DNA of 64,000 nucleotides from a virus (IMGVR_UViG_3300047281_000124); one strand, 5' to 3'; positions 44,862 through 55,484 are shown, counted from the first letter of the stretch. Notes: generated by a model not told the origin, from the sequence alone. A program made the numbers and translations.

Positions 44862-45134
44862 TTATTCAGTTTGGGGCATCGTAGTAATTTCGATTTTTGG
44901 GGTTTCCGGCTCTTTTGGCATAGGCTCAATAATATGGTCCCCCATTTTCAGTTCTAGCATAGTTCCTACTAGAGCATCTAAACAAGGTATTCTATCTTTA
45001 GTGTACATGCCTTCGACAGTTATAATATAACCTTCTACTGGTACTGTCATGCTGCCCATTGTTTTGTATATATACATAGTGTTTCCTTTAAATGATACTA
45101 TTATACTAGGTAAGGTATATTTTAGCAAGTACAA
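44862..45134 (-). CDS. hypothetical protein
   Basis: 90-aa ORF. Confidence 0.4.
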   Translation of the reverse strand: MYLLKYTLPSIIVSFKGNTMYIYKTMGSMTVPVEGYIITVEGMYTKDRIPCLDALVGTMLELKMGDHIIEPMPKEPETPKIEITTMPQTE

Positions 45135-45170
45135 AAAACCCCCTAAGTCTTCCGATTTAGGGGGTAAATT
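45133..45170 (-). terminator. terminator
   Basis: CCCCCTAAG...CTTAGGGGG flanked by an A/T tract. Confidence 0.6.
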
Positions 45171-45172
45171 TA

Positions 45173-45937
45173 TTAATCGCGATACGCCATAATAATCTTC
45201 TTACAGATAGCAGAACGTACAATGTCCTCGTCTAAGAACTCAATTACCTCAATCCCGCTAATGCCTTCAAGACGGGTTACAGCGTCTTCTAGTCCACTAT
45301 TAGGAATATCAGACTGCTCGGTATCACCAGAAAGAATCATCTTGCAGTTCTTACCAATACGTGACAATAACATTTTCATTTCTTCTTTTGAGCAGTTCTG
45401 TGCCTCATCCACTAGCACAATACAGTTATCAAAAGTAGTACCTCTTAGGAATCCTAATGGAGTTGGTTCAATATCCTTATTTTTAAGACAATACTCATAA
45501 AAGCCCTTACCAAGTGCTTTAGTGAAAATACTATCAAAAGGTAGTAAATAAGGTGCATACTTTTCTTCGAGAGTACCGGGTAAGAAGCCTAAGCCTCTGC
45601 CTGTCTCTACATTGGGCCGTGTCAAAATTACCTTATCGATTCTACGATGAAATAACTCTGAGGCTGCATAGCTTGCAGCAATAAAAGTTTTGCCGGTACC
45701 TGCACTGCCAATACCAAAAACAATATCATTATGCTTAATCGCATCTAAGTATTCTCCTTGAATAAAGTTTAGTGGCTCTACCTCTTTAAACGTATAGTTT
45801 CTATTGGCAGTAGTTACTACTACTTCCTCTTTAGAACTACGTCTAGCTTCAGATTTCTCTGCTTGACTAGGCTTATAACTATCACGTTTAGCCGGGAATG
45901 TACGCGCTTTTTTACCGCTGCCTGAACTTCTTGCCAT
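45173..45937 (-). CDS. phoH: PhoH-like ATPase
   Basis: Walker A GSAGTGKT and VLVDEAQN. Confidence 0.75.
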   Translation of the reverse strand: MARSSGSGKKARTFPAKRDSYKPSQAEKSEARRSSKEEVVVTTANRNYTFKEVEPLNFIQGEYLDAIKHNDIVFGIGSAGTGKTFIAASYAASELFHRRIDKVILTRPNVETGRGLGFLPGTLEEKYAPYLLPFDSIFTKALGKGFYEYCLKNKDIEPTPLGFLRGTTFDNCIVLVDEAQNCSKEEMKMLLSRIGKNCKMILSGDTEQSDIPNSGLEDAVTRLEGISGIEVIEFLDEDIVRSAICKKIIMAYRD

Positions 45938-46143
45938 ATGTTTGTATCCTTGATTATTAAAGAAGTGATATTACTTCTTTTTAGCTTGCTGGGGTACTTT
46001 CGTTCCTTGTAACTTTTTGTGTATCTTAATGGTCTTGCATTTCTGCTTGGCATTACATACTACTTTAGTTCTAGGAGCTTCTTTTGCTTCAATAGGTGTA
46101 AATAGTAATGGCAACACTACACATAGCACCCAAAATAGTTTCT

Positions 46144-46452
46144 TCATAAGGCTTCATCCTTTTGAACTGGTACTACTTTACCAGGTTTAACGGTAGCATT
46201 ATGCGCTCCGATTAATTTTTCTTGTGTTCTACCAAAAGCTGCAATACCTAGTACCGCACCCATAGCAATGTGAAACAGCCCTGCACCTTGTAGGGTTAAA
46301 GGCTGCCACTGTGTTAAAGGCTGTTTTGTTACTGTTTGTAGCAAACTCCACAAAATAGGGAATAGTACAAAGTCCGTTGTACATGATAGCATATACATCC
46401 AACCCATAGCAGGTCGCCACTTAGCATTTAGCCAATCTTCTTTTTCATCCAT
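46144..46452 (-). CDS. holin-like membrane protein
   Basis: Two transmembrane helices in 102 aa, adjacent to the lysis genes. Confidence 0.4.
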   Translation of the reverse strand: MDEKEDWLNAKWRPAMGWMYMLSCTTDFVLFPILWSLLQTVTKQPLTQWQPLTLQGAGLFHIAMGAVLGIAAFGRTQEKLIGAHNATVKPGKVVPVQKDEAL

Positions 46453-46460
46453 AGTGTCTC

Positions 46461-46949
46461 CTAGTTAGTAAAGTTATACGCTAGGGCTATACACCCAAAT
46501 ATAACTATTGCTAATAGTATTAAAGCGAAGAACGTTTGTATACCTTCAATTATTAAAGCCCGCTTCTCTTTAGCAGCAGCTTCAGCTCTACGTATTTCAG
46601 TTTTCTGTTCTACTATTAGTCTAGTACGCTCTTCTAACATCTGCTCCCATAAATGGCCATTACCAGTATAGATAAAGAGCTCTTTTAGCTCTTTTTCTTG
46701 GACCCTAAGCTTGTTAGCTGCCATGACTGTATCTAGTGCTTGTGCTCCTAGTTCGGCTTTTGTCTTAGGTTTCTTAAGTTTAACACCCGCACCTTGTGCG
46801 CTGTATACTGTAGCTGAGGAGCTAAAGAAGGTGCTTAACTCTCCGCCCATTTCCGAAACGTCCTTGCCGAGCTTTATAGCTGCTTTTATGGTTTTTACGG
46901 CAGTTTGCGCAGCTGCGAATGCTACACTAATAGAGATTGGATCTATCAT
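46461..46949 (-). CDS. membrane-anchored coiled-coil protein (lysis-associated)
   Basis: C-terminal transmembrane helix; coiled-coil middle. Confidence 0.35.
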   Translation of the reverse strand: MIDPISISVAFAAAQTAVKTIKAAIKLGKDVSEMGGELSTFFSSSATVYSAQGAGVKLKKPKTKAELGAQALDTVMAANKLRVQEKELKELFIYTGNGHLWEQMLEERTRLIVEQKTEIRRAEAAAKEKRALIIEGIQTFFALILLAIVIFGCIALAYNFTN

Positions 46950-47518
46950 TTGGTTTCCTCAAATATTTTCTTTTGTTGAAAATACCAAGTCTGCCACCCC
47001 TCTAGTTGTGCTGCTACTTCGTAATAGGTTCCGTAATTTTCGGTAACTGTTCGTAATACGTCGCTTGCTTTAATTTCGGTGGAGGCTTTAAGAGTAATTC
47101 CGGCGCTTCCGGAAACTTCATTTTGACTGGCACGGTCGTGGAGCATGACGGCAGCAGGAGTAAACTTGCAGCTAGGGTCAAGGTCTTTAGCAACATATTC
47201 AGTGATATATTTTTGATTTGCATTTGTTGTTTCCTTGACCAATTTGATTTTGGTTAGGGTCTTTGTTATTACTTCAGTATTAACTACTTGGGACTTGGCC
47301 TCAGCTAATAGTACTTTAGCTTCCATGTCTTTAACACGAGCTTGCCAGGCTTTATCGTTTTCGATGCCGCCTATAAACCAAGTTGATGCCCAGATTAATA
47401 AGCATCCAATGATTTGGGCGCTACGTAAATTTATTACGCTTGCGCCTACCGCCAATATAACGCCTAAACTAAGTGTTCCGTAGAACACCCAGTGTGGTAA
47501 AGAATTTAGGAGCCACAT
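46946..47518 (-). CDS. i-spanin (Rz-like)
   Basis: N-terminal membrane segments plus a periplasmic coiled coil; contains an embedded +1-frame lipoprotein ORF. Confidence 0.5.
   Translation of the reverse strand: MWLLNSLPHWVFYGTLSLGVILAVGASVINLRSAQIIGCLLIWASTWFIGGIENDKAWQARVKDMEAKVLLAEAKSQVVNTEVITKTLTKIKLVKETTNANQKYITEYVAKDLDPSCKFTPAAVMLHDRASQNEVSGSAGITLKASTEIKASDVLRTVTENYGTYYEVAAQLEGWQTWYFQQKKIFEETK
47014..47223 (-). CDS. o-spanin (Rz1-like), embedded in the i-spanin gene
   Basis: Lipobox LLPSCS; proline-rich 69-aa protein. Confidence 0.55.
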   Translation of the reverse strand: MQIKNISLNMLLKTLTLAASLLLLPSCSTTVPVKMKFPEAPELLLKPPPKLKQATYYEQLPKITEPITK

Positions 47519-48120
47519 AGTACTTCAAGGGCATGATTATAGTGTTTAATTCTATTCTCTAGCCCAATTGTACCACCGTTGATGCGTTTAGTCAAGGCTA
47601 AAATATCTTGAGCATCTGCGAGGTCATTCAAATTATTGGTCTCCCAGAACCAGCATGCTGATTGTACGGCACCTTCAAAGGTTGCTAGATATTCGGGTAA
47701 ATCCTCAATACTGCCTTCCATGCTATCGGCAAAAGCTTGATAGTTATCATGTCCAGTTAGTTGAATAAGCCCTCTACCACAATATTTAAAGCCATCACCT
47801 GATTCTTCATCACCGTTACCCATGCGATTAGCATACACACGATTAGCAATCATTTCTTGGTTATGTGCGTATTCTTCGGCTTGGTCTGTAGTTTTAAAGT
47901 ATTTTGGGAATACCTTTAGTAGACTAGCAGACTTGTAGTTCAAATTCTCTTTAATTGCCTTAAAGTTATTTGATTCGTGAGCGCATTGAGCTAAAAAGGC
48001 TGCGATGCGGTGCGTAGTATTAATTTCGTAATCTGGTAAAATATCGCAGAGGGCTTGGTGCCACTCTGCGACGTTTTGATTACCAGGTAGAATTTCTTTT
48101 AACTGGCTTTCTGTTAACAT
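47506..48120 (-). CDS. endolysin, glycoside hydrolase family 19 (chitinase-like lysozyme)
   Basis: F.AQC.HES, YCGRGLIQLTGHDNY and GG..G GH19 motifs. Confidence 0.7.
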   Translation of the reverse strand: MLTESQLKEILPGNQNVAEWHQALCDILPDYEINTTHRIAAFLAQCAHESNNFKAIKENLNYKSASLLKVFPKYFKTTDQAEEYAHNQEMIANRVYANRMGNGDEESGDGFKYCGRGLIQLTGHDNYQAFADSMEGSIEDLPEYLATFEGAVQSACWFWETNNLNDLADAQDILALTKRINGGTIGLENRIKHYNHALEVLCGS

Positions 48121-48121
48121 A

Positions 48122-48487
48122 TTAAACTGGTGCTGGAGGCATTTCAGTAGGAGCTTCTATTACAGGTGCCCAAGGCATTGGTGTAGTAACTAGTGTAGCA
48201 GCTGCGACTTGCTTATCTAACACATATTGAATATGTGCTTTAAAGGCTTGCATTCTATCTTCATGAGTTTCAATCCAAGCAGTAACAGTTTCTGATGTTA
48301 AACTAGCTAACGGAATAAACCCAGCTTCAGTTGGATCTGGGACAATTGTAGTCTGTGGCAGTTCGAAGGTTTGACCTTCTAATTCACCTTTTAGAGTCCA
48401 GTCAATTTGTTTTACTGCGTCTGCAATTCCGTTAACGGTTGCTGTTTTGATACCATTGATCATAATGGTGAATGTTGCTTGTGTCAT
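48122..48487 (-). CDS. hypothetical protein
   Basis: 121-aa ORF. Confidence 0.4.
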   Translation of the reverse strand: MTQATFTIMINGIKTATVNGIADAVKQIDWTLKGELEGQTFELPQTTIVPDPTEAGFIPLASLTSETVTAWIETHEDRMQAFKAHIQYVLDKQVAAATLVTTPMPWAPVIEAPTEMPPAPV

Positions 48488-48489
48488 GA

Positions 48490-51162
48490 TTATCCTTCTA
48501 TTAATTTTGATACCAGAGCTTCAAGTCTGGCGATACGAGCATTTAAGCTCACTACTTCTTTTGCTAACTCAACTGCCGATGCAAGTGCTGCATTGCCGTA
48601 TGCTACCGATAAGTACTCGCCATCAATAACTGCTTCTGGCATTAGGTTTTTTAAACTTTGTGCGGATACGCCTACTTGTCGCTCGTTACTATCTATTCGT
48701 GTATACGTACCTACTTTTACTAAAGAAAGTTGTTGTACAAAGTCAGAGGGTAACAAGCTCCAGTCTTTCTTAAGGCGCTCATCTGAGTAAGCCGTAATAT
48801 TACTATTCATAGTTAAGGCACCCGCCGAGGAAATAGATCCAATTTGACCTAGCGCTCCGTTACCGAAAATCATACCCCCTGTACCGGAGTAGAAATTTAA
48901 ATACATCGCCTTATCTGAACCAGAATCTAAATGCAGATTACCATTTGTAGTAACTACAGATGCTATCGTTGCAGTTCTAGTGATAGCATTAACACCATCT
49001 CCACCAACTTGTAAGGTAGAAGCCCAGGTTGGGTTTGGCCCAAATCGAATATAATTACTTGTACCGATTGTTGTAGAACCAGTCATTGTACCGCCACTTA
49101 ATGGAAGTGCATATGAGCTGTAATTACTCGAATCAAGAACTTTTACCCAACTAGTAAATCCACTATTATACGCACGCGTCCAAAGACCTTGGGCACCATT
49201 GAACATATTGCAAGCAATTTGAAAACCGTATGACTGATCACTGGGATGCGAACCTATATCAATACCAGTGGTATATGTAGAATCTGATGGCGCTCCCCCG
49301 CCAGCCCCTGCTCCGCCCCAGTTGTAGAACGGTGCCATACCTGTGCCAACTCGAACATACCCTGAATTACTGGAAGTTTTCGAAGCAGTTGCTGCGTTAC
49401 CTGTAGTTGAAGCTGATGAGCCTGTAATACTAATACCCCAAGTACCAGAAGCTGAATCACCTGTTAGTGTTGGAGAGTATGAGGTGTAGTTACTAGAATC
49501 AAGAACTGTTCTCCATGCTTGCCAAGTGCCAGAATTCTTACCACGAACTGCAATCTGACCAGACCTAAAATCACCGTAGATTTGATGATACCAAGCGGTG
49601 CTATATCCTGCTGAGTATAATCCACCATCACCTTGAGAAAATGGTAAACCAGCCTGAGAACAATAGCCAATAACGTCAAGGGTTACTGGTGAATCCACAT
49701 TAGATGGATTTGCTGAAGTAGTTGCAGTAAAATTAGCTACAGTAGCCGCCACAATAACATCACCGCTTCCAATAATAGAGCTACCATTAATTGTTTTTAA
49801 GCCTCCGGTTACTGAAGTTGCACTGCCTGCAATATTCATCGCCTGACCAGAAAGCGCCGCTGCTACTGCTGCTGGAGTAGTACGAACCATTTGATTTGTA
49901 GCCGGGTACATTGATACTAGAACTGTTGGTGTTACAGCACTTAGTCCAGAACTTAGTACAATCTCTCGTGCTGAAATGTCTCCTGCAGCGTCACGGTAAA
50001 CTATTGTACTTGCAGTAGGAGCAGTAACTGGATTATTAAAACCAGATATTGAACCTGAAGTGCCTGTAACTGAAATACCCCAAGTACCACTAGCTGAACC
50101 ACCTGTTAGGGTTGGAGAGTAAGAGTTATAGTTATTGTCATGTAGCAAGTTACGCCAAGGGTTAATAGTCCCCGCATCGCCATTTTTAGTCCTAAACGAA
50201 ATATTATTACCACCGCCACTATAACTGGCACTTAACCACATATCATAATTAGTATTAGCACTAAATCTTACAATAGGTCCAGTACACGGAGCATTATTCG
50301 AGTAACTAAATCCTGTCGAATTAGGCGACATTGTATTTGCGTCAAGAGTAAACCCTTCGTAATACATTACCTGTGATTTGCCAGATAGCGAATCGGCACT
50401 AGCCGAACTATCCGAGCGCCCTACTCTTACGGGAGCGCCATGATTAGAAGTTTGAGACCAGTAAGTACCGTCCCAATTATTAACGGTGTAATAATCTGTT
50501 GGATGTGACGCTGACCAAAATTTAACTCCACCATCAGATCTGCCCGTAACAGCAATTGGCCATGTACCAGTAGGCGTCCCACCCATTGTGATGGTGCCTG
50601 TAGTAGTAATTGTACCACCAGTTAAAGTCAATCCACCATAACCGCCGCTTGTTGCTACTGATGTAACCGTGCCTAGATTAGTCGTATACGCGGTAGTATC
50701 TAGCGTCCAAGTGTCTGCAGCAGTCTTCTTTAGTAATCCAGTTGTTCCAGTTAAACCACCAATAGCTAATAAGTCACCGTCTGCGGCTTGATAACTATGT
50801 GTGTGGCCAGAAGCAGCCGCCCCAATGGTAGAATAATCTACTGTTAGTACTGCCGCACCAGTATAAGTAGACCCTGCTGCGGCACCTCCACTAGAAGTAA
50901 AAGTTACTGCATTTGCATTAGGCAATGTAGTTGGAATCGTTTGATCGCCAGTGTTAGAACCAGATAAAGTTGAGATACCCAACTTAGTTTTGATAGTTGC
51001 TGTAGTTTCACCACCAATAGTACTAATAGTAGTACCATCTGCCTTTTTATAATACAGTAACCCGTCTTGGTAATTTAACGCTAACTCCCCAAACGCCAAA
51101 TCCCCCACTACTGGCACACGCGCAGCAACAGAGGATTTTTTGAGAATAACTTGACTTGCCAT
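48490..51162 (-). CDS. L-shaped tail fibre-like protein with a C-terminal intramolecular chaperone (peptidase S74) domain
   Basis: Conserved fibre N-terminus; Gly/Ser/Thr-rich repeats; C-terminal ...YSDERLKKDW...LSVAYG... auto-cleaving chaperone domain. Confidence 0.7.
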   Translation of the reverse strand: MASQVILKKSSVAARVPVVGDLAFGELALNYQDGLLYYKKADGTTISTIGGETTATIKTKLGISTLSGSNTGDQTIPTTLPNANAVTFTSSGGAAAGSTYTGAAVLTVDYSTIGAAASGHTHSYQAADGDLLAIGGLTGTTGLLKKTAADTWTLDTTAYTTNLGTVTSVATSGGYGGLTLTGGTITTTGTITMGGTPTGTWPIAVTGRSDGGVKFWSASHPTDYYTVNNWDGTYWSQTSNHGAPVRVGRSDSSASADSLSGKSQVMYYEGFTLDANTMSPNSTGFSYSNNAPCTGPIVRFSANTNYDMWLSASYSGGGNNISFRTKNGDAGTINPWRNLLHDNNYNSYSPTLTGGSASGTWGISVTGTSGSISGFNNPVTAPTASTIVYRDAAGDISAREIVLSSGLSAVTPTVLVSMYPATNQMVRTTPAAVAAALSGQAMNIAGSATSVTGGLKTINGSSIIGSGDVIVAATVANFTATTSANPSNVDSPVTLDVIGYCSQAGLPFSQGDGGLYSAGYSTAWYHQIYGDFRSGQIAVRGKNSGTWQAWRTVLDSSNYTSYSPTLTGDSASGTWGISITGSSASTTGNAATASKTSSNSGYVRVGTGMAPFYNWGGAGAGGGAPSDSTYTTGIDIGSHPSDQSYGFQIACNMFNGAQGLWTRAYNSGFTSWVKVLDSSNYSSYALPLSGGTMTGSTTIGTSNYIRFGPNPTWASTLQVGGDGVNAITRTATIASVVTTNGNLHLDSGSDKAMYLNFYSGTGGMIFGNGALGQIGSISSAGALTMNSNITAYSDERLKKDWSLLPSDFVQQLSLVKVGTYTRIDSNERQVGVSAQSLKNLMPEAVIDGEYLSVAYGNAALASAVELAKEVVSLNARIARLEALVSKLIEG

Positions 51163-51183
51163 TGTGGCTCCTAATAAGGTTAA

Positions 51184-51210
51184 GCCCCGCTATAGAGCGG
51201 GGCGTTTAAT
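51184..51210. other. intergenic hairpin
   Basis: CCCCGC-TATAGA-GCGGGG. Confidence 0.4.
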
Positions 51211-51211
51211 T

Positions 51212-52867
51212 TTAGTATGTTCCGCCGTCTACCATTTTAACTGTAACAGCACCTGCTGTAACATTAAACTCTGCAGTAGCAAAAGAAGCTAGACCTAATA
51301 CTGTTGTAGTCGCGGTAGGTATCGCTGTAGTACTAGCTGCAGTGATAAGACCTTTAGCATTAACTGTGAAACTTGGTACTGATGTGGAGGTTCCAAAGCT
51401 TCCAACGTTACTATTAACAGTAGCTAAGGTAAGTGCAAAACTTGTTGTACCTGAGCCAGTTGCATCACCAGTAACACTAATTGTTTGATTAGCAGTTAAA
51501 TACGCAGTATTCGAGCCAGCAGTCACTAAACCCTTGCCGTTAACTGTTACGTTATTCCAAGTACCTACATTAGCATTTACAGTTGCTAGTGTAAGTGCTG
51601 CCGATACATTTGCAGAGCCATCTACAGCAGTTAGAGTAGCTGTACCGTCGCCAGATAAAGATAAATTACGAGCAGTTTGCCAAGTTGTAGCAGTTGTTGC
51701 ATTACCGCTTAAAGCACCGTATACGGTAGCTACGGTCAAAGCTTTATTTAAGTTCCAACGATCATCTGCAGATGAGTATAGTAATGTAGCAGGTACTGTA
51801 GGGCCATTAACTGTTAAACCCGCACCATTTGCAGCTACAGCAGTTACAGCATCTTTGGCTACAGTAATATTAAGATCGGTTACTGATAAGTTAGTAGCAT
51901 TAATAGTAGTTGTAGTACCATTAACTGTTAAGTTACCTGTAATTACGGCATCACCATCTACATTAACTGAAGTAGCTGTAATATCGTTAGAGTATAATTT
52001 ACCGCTAACTGTTACGTCATTGAAAGTAACATTTGAGGTAGTTGCTACAGCTTGACCAATTGCAAAGCTAACTTGGTTATTTGTAACAGTAGTTGCTACA
52101 CCAGTTCCACCAGCAAAAGTTAGAGTATCTGTTCCGATACTAACTGCATCTGTACCAGTTCCACCAGCAATACTTAAAGTACTAGAAATTGCTGCAGTAG
52201 TTACTGAAGTTACTAGACCTTTGGCATTTACAGTTACGATAGGTATTGCGGTTGCAGAACCATATACCCCTGGAGTAGCATTAACAGTAGCTAAAGTAAG
52301 TGCAAAACTTGTATTACCTGTACCAGTTACATCACCGGTATGAGTAATTGTTTGATTAGCAGTTAAATACGCAGTATTAGAACCACCAGTCACTAAACCT
52401 TTACCATTAACTGTTACATTATTCCAAGTACCTACATTAGCATTAACGGTTGCTAACGTTGCAGCTGCCGTAACATTACCACTACCATCAAAACTTGGGG
52501 AAGTATATGTAATATCTCCACTTAAGCTAAGTGTTCGTCCGGATGCCCAAGTCGATGCAGTTGAGGCGTTTCCTAAAATTGCGGCGGTAATTACATTGGC
52601 TGTAAAGTTACCACTAGCATCACGCTTTACTAATGTTGAAACTGTATTAACATTAGTAGCTGCGGTAATCATATCAGTAAAATACTTACCACCAATAATT
52701 ACGTGATTTACAGCATTACCGGCAGTTTCAGTACCCATACCAATGTATAGACGATCACCACCATTTGAACCATTATCCGTTAAGCCTGAATAAGCTAACT
52801 CACCTGCGCCCAATACGGAAGGATTACCACCCGTGTCAGATCTTTTAATCTTTATACTAGATGCCAT
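51212..52867 (-). CDS. tail fibre protein
   Basis: N-terminus MASSIKIKRSDTGGNP..LGAGELAYS...LYIG (conserved fibre N-terminal domain), then T/V/N/G-rich repeats. Confidence 0.6.
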   Translation of the reverse strand: MASSIKIKRSDTGGNPSVLGAGELAYSGLTDNGSNGGDRLYIGMGTETAGNAVNHVIIGGKYFTDMITAATNVNTVSTLVKRDASGNFTANVITAAILGNASTASTWASGRTLSLSGDITYTSPSFDGSGNVTAAATLATVNANVGTWNNVTVNGKGLVTGGSNTAYLTANQTITHTGDVTGTGNTSFALTLATVNATPGVYGSATAIPIVTVNAKGLVTSVTTAAISSTLSIAGGTGTDAVSIGTDTLTFAGGTGVATTVTNNQVSFAIGQAVATTSNVTFNDVTVSGKLYSNDITATSVNVDGDAVITGNLTVNGTTTTINATNLSVTDLNITVAKDAVTAVAANGAGLTVNGPTVPATLLYSSADDRWNLNKALTVATVYGALSGNATTATTWQTARNLSLSGDGTATLTAVDGSANVSAALTLATVNANVGTWNNVTVNGKGLVTAGSNTAYLTANQTISVTGDATGSGTTSFALTLATVNSNVGSFGTSTSVPSFTVNAKGLITAASTTAIPTATTTVLGLASFATAEFNVTAGAVTVKMVDGGTY

Positions 52868-52880
52868 TTATAGGGCTCCT

Positions 52881-53159
52881 TTAATATTGCCCGCTTTCGA
52901 GGACTTGTTTATCTAAAATAGTAGTAGACTTCCACTTGGCGAACTCTGCTTGATATATAAGCATAGCCCCGTCTGTTAATCCATCTAAGTTTATATCAGT
53001 TAACCCTGATAAGGTTTGTGAACCTGCGATACCTTGAGGCCCTTGAGCCGCTGAAATGATAGGTTCATGTACTTCTATAACTTGAGTAATAAAGTTACTA
53101 GTAGGTGTAGCTATAACTTCTATAACGGTACTTGTTACTGCTATATTATTATTGCTCAT
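52881..53159 (-). CDS. hypothetical protein
   Basis: 92-aa ORF. Confidence 0.4.
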   Translation of the reverse strand: MSNNNIAVTSTVIEVIATPTSNFITQVIEVHEPIISAAQGPQGIAGSQTLSGLTDINLDGLTDGAMLIYQAEFAKWKSTTILDKQVLESGQY

Positions 53160-53746
53160 CTAGTTACCTCTTTTACTAAGGTTAGATTGCCTCCAATAAA
53201 GGGAGTAACTTGTCCTCCACTAGATACCATTTCTAAGCTATATACTGCAGTACTAAAGGTGAAGCCTGCTGTAGTTATAGCAGGTATATTAAGAGCAATA
53301 GTCTTTTTAATATTATCTATAAAGATTCCTGAATTTTCAGTTGTTAGTTCTAAGATAATATCAGATGAGTCTACTTTAGCTCTTATCTGCATTCTAGCAG
53401 TATAGTCTGCTGTATCTACTGGCTTATTATACTCTACTACACCACCTGTAGTATAAGATTTAAACCCTAAACTATTAACACTGTTGATGGTGATAGTATC
53501 TGTAGTAACAGAGGATACTTGGTGATATGTACTATCGGAGTTTAAGTCTGCCATGCCTGCAATGTTAGTAAATTTTACACGCCATTCTACGGGTATACCG
53601 TGAGCTGGCGCAGTTACTACTAAAGGCGCTGATTTTGTAATATCTGTAATAGGTACATATACTCTTACAGAAGACTCCCAACGTAGTACTTCATTGAATG
53701 TAGCACCTTGGTAGATTTTAAAATTTAGTTTTGCCGGAGCACTCAT
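53156..53746 (-). CDS. hypothetical structural protein
   Basis: 196-aa ORF. Confidence 0.4.
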   Translation of the reverse strand: MSAPAKLNFKIYQGATFNEVLRWESSVRVYVPITDITKSAPLVVTAPAHGIPVEWRVKFTNIAGMADLNSDSTYHQVSSVTTDTITINSVNSLGFKSYTTGGVVEYNKPVDTADYTARMQIRAKVDSSDIILELTTENSGIFIDNIKKTIALNIPAITTAGFTFSTAVYSLEMVSSGGQVTPFIGGNLTLVKEVTR

Positions 53747-54084
53747 ACTGTCTCCTTTTGAGTAATAAAGCCGTGTAATCTAATAATCTCTGTATTAAGA
53801 TTAGCAACTTCTAATTGTAACTTTTGGTTTTCTATAGTTAGAGTAGTTAGCTGTGTGCTAAGCTTAACTAACTCAAGTTGTAGTTTACCTATTTCCTGAG
53901 ATAGAGTACTATTTTGTGCACTCATGCGCTCTAATTCTTCGTGCATCATCTTTAATAAGGCTGATTCAGTATTTGCGCTTTTGAAATTTTTAACAAGTAG
54001 TTGTATGCCAATGGCTACACTAGTAAGGGCTAAAAAGGCTGCCGCAAGCCATTCGGGTACACTGGTTGGTATCACTGACTCCAT
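53743..54084 (-). CDS. membrane-anchored coiled-coil protein
   Basis: N-terminal transmembrane helix, then heptad-like LQLE repeats. Confidence 0.4.
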   Translation of the reverse strand: MESVIPTSVPEWLAAAFLALTSVAIGIQLLVKNFKSANTESALLKMMHEELERMSAQNSTLSQEIGKLQLELVKLSTQLTTLTIENQKLQLEVANLNTEIIRLHGFITQKETV

Positions 54085-54175
54085 CGGTCGTCTCCTCTGT
54101 AAAGCAATTTTTGTAGCATCTGAATTTCAGACGCTTATATGGTTTTCATATATTATATCACATAGGCAGCTTAGG

Positions 54176-54240
54176 GTCAAGACAAAAAAATCCCGACCCT
54201 ACTTTAGTTTAGGGTCGGGATTTTTTTTTTTTGTCTTAAG
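54176..54240. terminator. strong bidirectional terminator
   Basis: A7-ATCCCGACCCT...AGGGTCGGGAT-T12. Confidence 0.75.
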
Positions 54241-55123
54241 GGGAGAGAATGTCTTGTAAATATAATTTTGGAGATACATTGATATGGTCTAATTGAATAT
54301 CTAATTTTTTTCTCATAACTTCCGAGCTTTTGTCTAATAAGTAGGCTTTTACCTCTTTTTGGATATTATCTATAACAATAGGGTTAGCACTGTTATTGGC
54401 CCAAAGAAATATATTATTATAGTATCTATATTCTCTGGAAGTAATAAACCCCAACTCTTTTAAAGTAGGCGTATTGGTAAAAATATTAGATCTTTTATTA
54501 GAAACTACAGCTAAAGGTATTAACTTATTTAAAGATACTTGAGAAGATATTGCATCAGGAGTACTAATACCAATGTCTAAGTGTCCCCCTAAGACTGCTG
54601 TTACAACAGGCGCTCCGCCGTGGTAAAGTACCTCTATCAGATTAGTACCTAAAGAATACTTTTTCATTAAAGGTACAAATACTGAAGTTCCAGAGATACC
54701 ATAAGATACATCTTTATACTTACTATACTCAATAACCGAACTATAACTATAAAAAGAACTACTAGAGTTACTAAATATCACAGAAGGCACACTACCTAAA
54801 TAGGCTATAGGCATAATATCATCTACAGAGCTAAAGTTTTTATGCTTAGAGTCTAAAGATTCCCACGAATGTGGGGACCCCAATAGTAAAGATACTTTAT
54901 TTGTTTTAGTAGCTAAGTACTGTGCTGCTAATAAACCTTGAGCACCCGGTTTCGACTCTATTACTACAGGTAGGTTTAAAATTTTACTTAAAAACGGCTG
55001 AAGCTCTAAACTGTACCTATACATTAGGCCCCCTGTAGAGCTTGCCACTATTAAAGGAACCGTCTCGTTAGCATAAGTGCTAATGCTTATAAATATTAAT
55101 AAAGATACAAGTAATTTAGTCAT
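54236..55123 (-). CDS. secreted TctC/Bug-family periplasmic solute-binding protein homolog
   Basis: Signal peptide, then P.VVIESKPGAQGLLAAQYLA....VSLLLGSP, which aligns with the Bug/TctC core (P.VVENRPGAGG...DGYTLLLG). Confidence 0.5.
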   Translation of the reverse strand: MTKLLVSLLIFISISTYANETVPLIVASSTGGLMYRYSLELQPFLSKILNLPVVIESKPGAQGLLAAQYLATKTNKVSLLLGSPHSWESLDSKHKNFSSVDDIMPIAYLGSVPSVIFSNSSSSFYSYSSVIEYSKYKDVSYGISGTSVFVPLMKKYSLGTNLIEVLYHGGAPVVTAVLGGHLDIGISTPDAISSQVSLNKLIPLAVVSNKRSNIFTNTPTLKELGFITSREYRYYNNIFLWANNSANPIVIDNIQKEVKAYLLDKSSEVMRKKLDIQLDHINVSPKLYLQDILSP

Positions 55124-55472
55124 TAATTTTATGAGATATATTATAAGTTACACCGTATTTTTTATAGGTATTATACAGCAGCCTATTTCTTAAAACAACG
55201 ACTTCTGGAGCATTAGATGCTTTTAATATCTCTAAATAGTTAGAAGCGTTATCTCTCGTATCAAATGCTCTAGTAAAAATAGCAATATTTTCAGATATAG
55301 AGCTACTGAAGCCGCTTTCTATATACCCCGGTAGTCGTGAAACAAATACTTCAAAAGGGTCTAATATTTCAGTAATCTCATTAATAGAAAACCAGGAGAT
55401 ACGGCCCTCACCCGTACTAAAAATCCAAGGGTCTTTTTCGGATTTAATTATAGTAGTTACAACTGTTGTCAT
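55116..55472 (-). CDS. hypothetical protein
   Basis: 118-aa ORF within the low-GC island. Confidence 0.4.
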   Translation of the reverse strand: MTTVVTTIIKSEKDPWIFSTGEGRISWFSINEITEILDPFEVFVSRLPGYIESGFSSSISENIAIFTRAFDTRDNASNYLEILKASNAPEVVVLRNRLLYNTYKKYGVTYNISHKIND

Positions 55473-55484
55473 TATTTTTCCATT

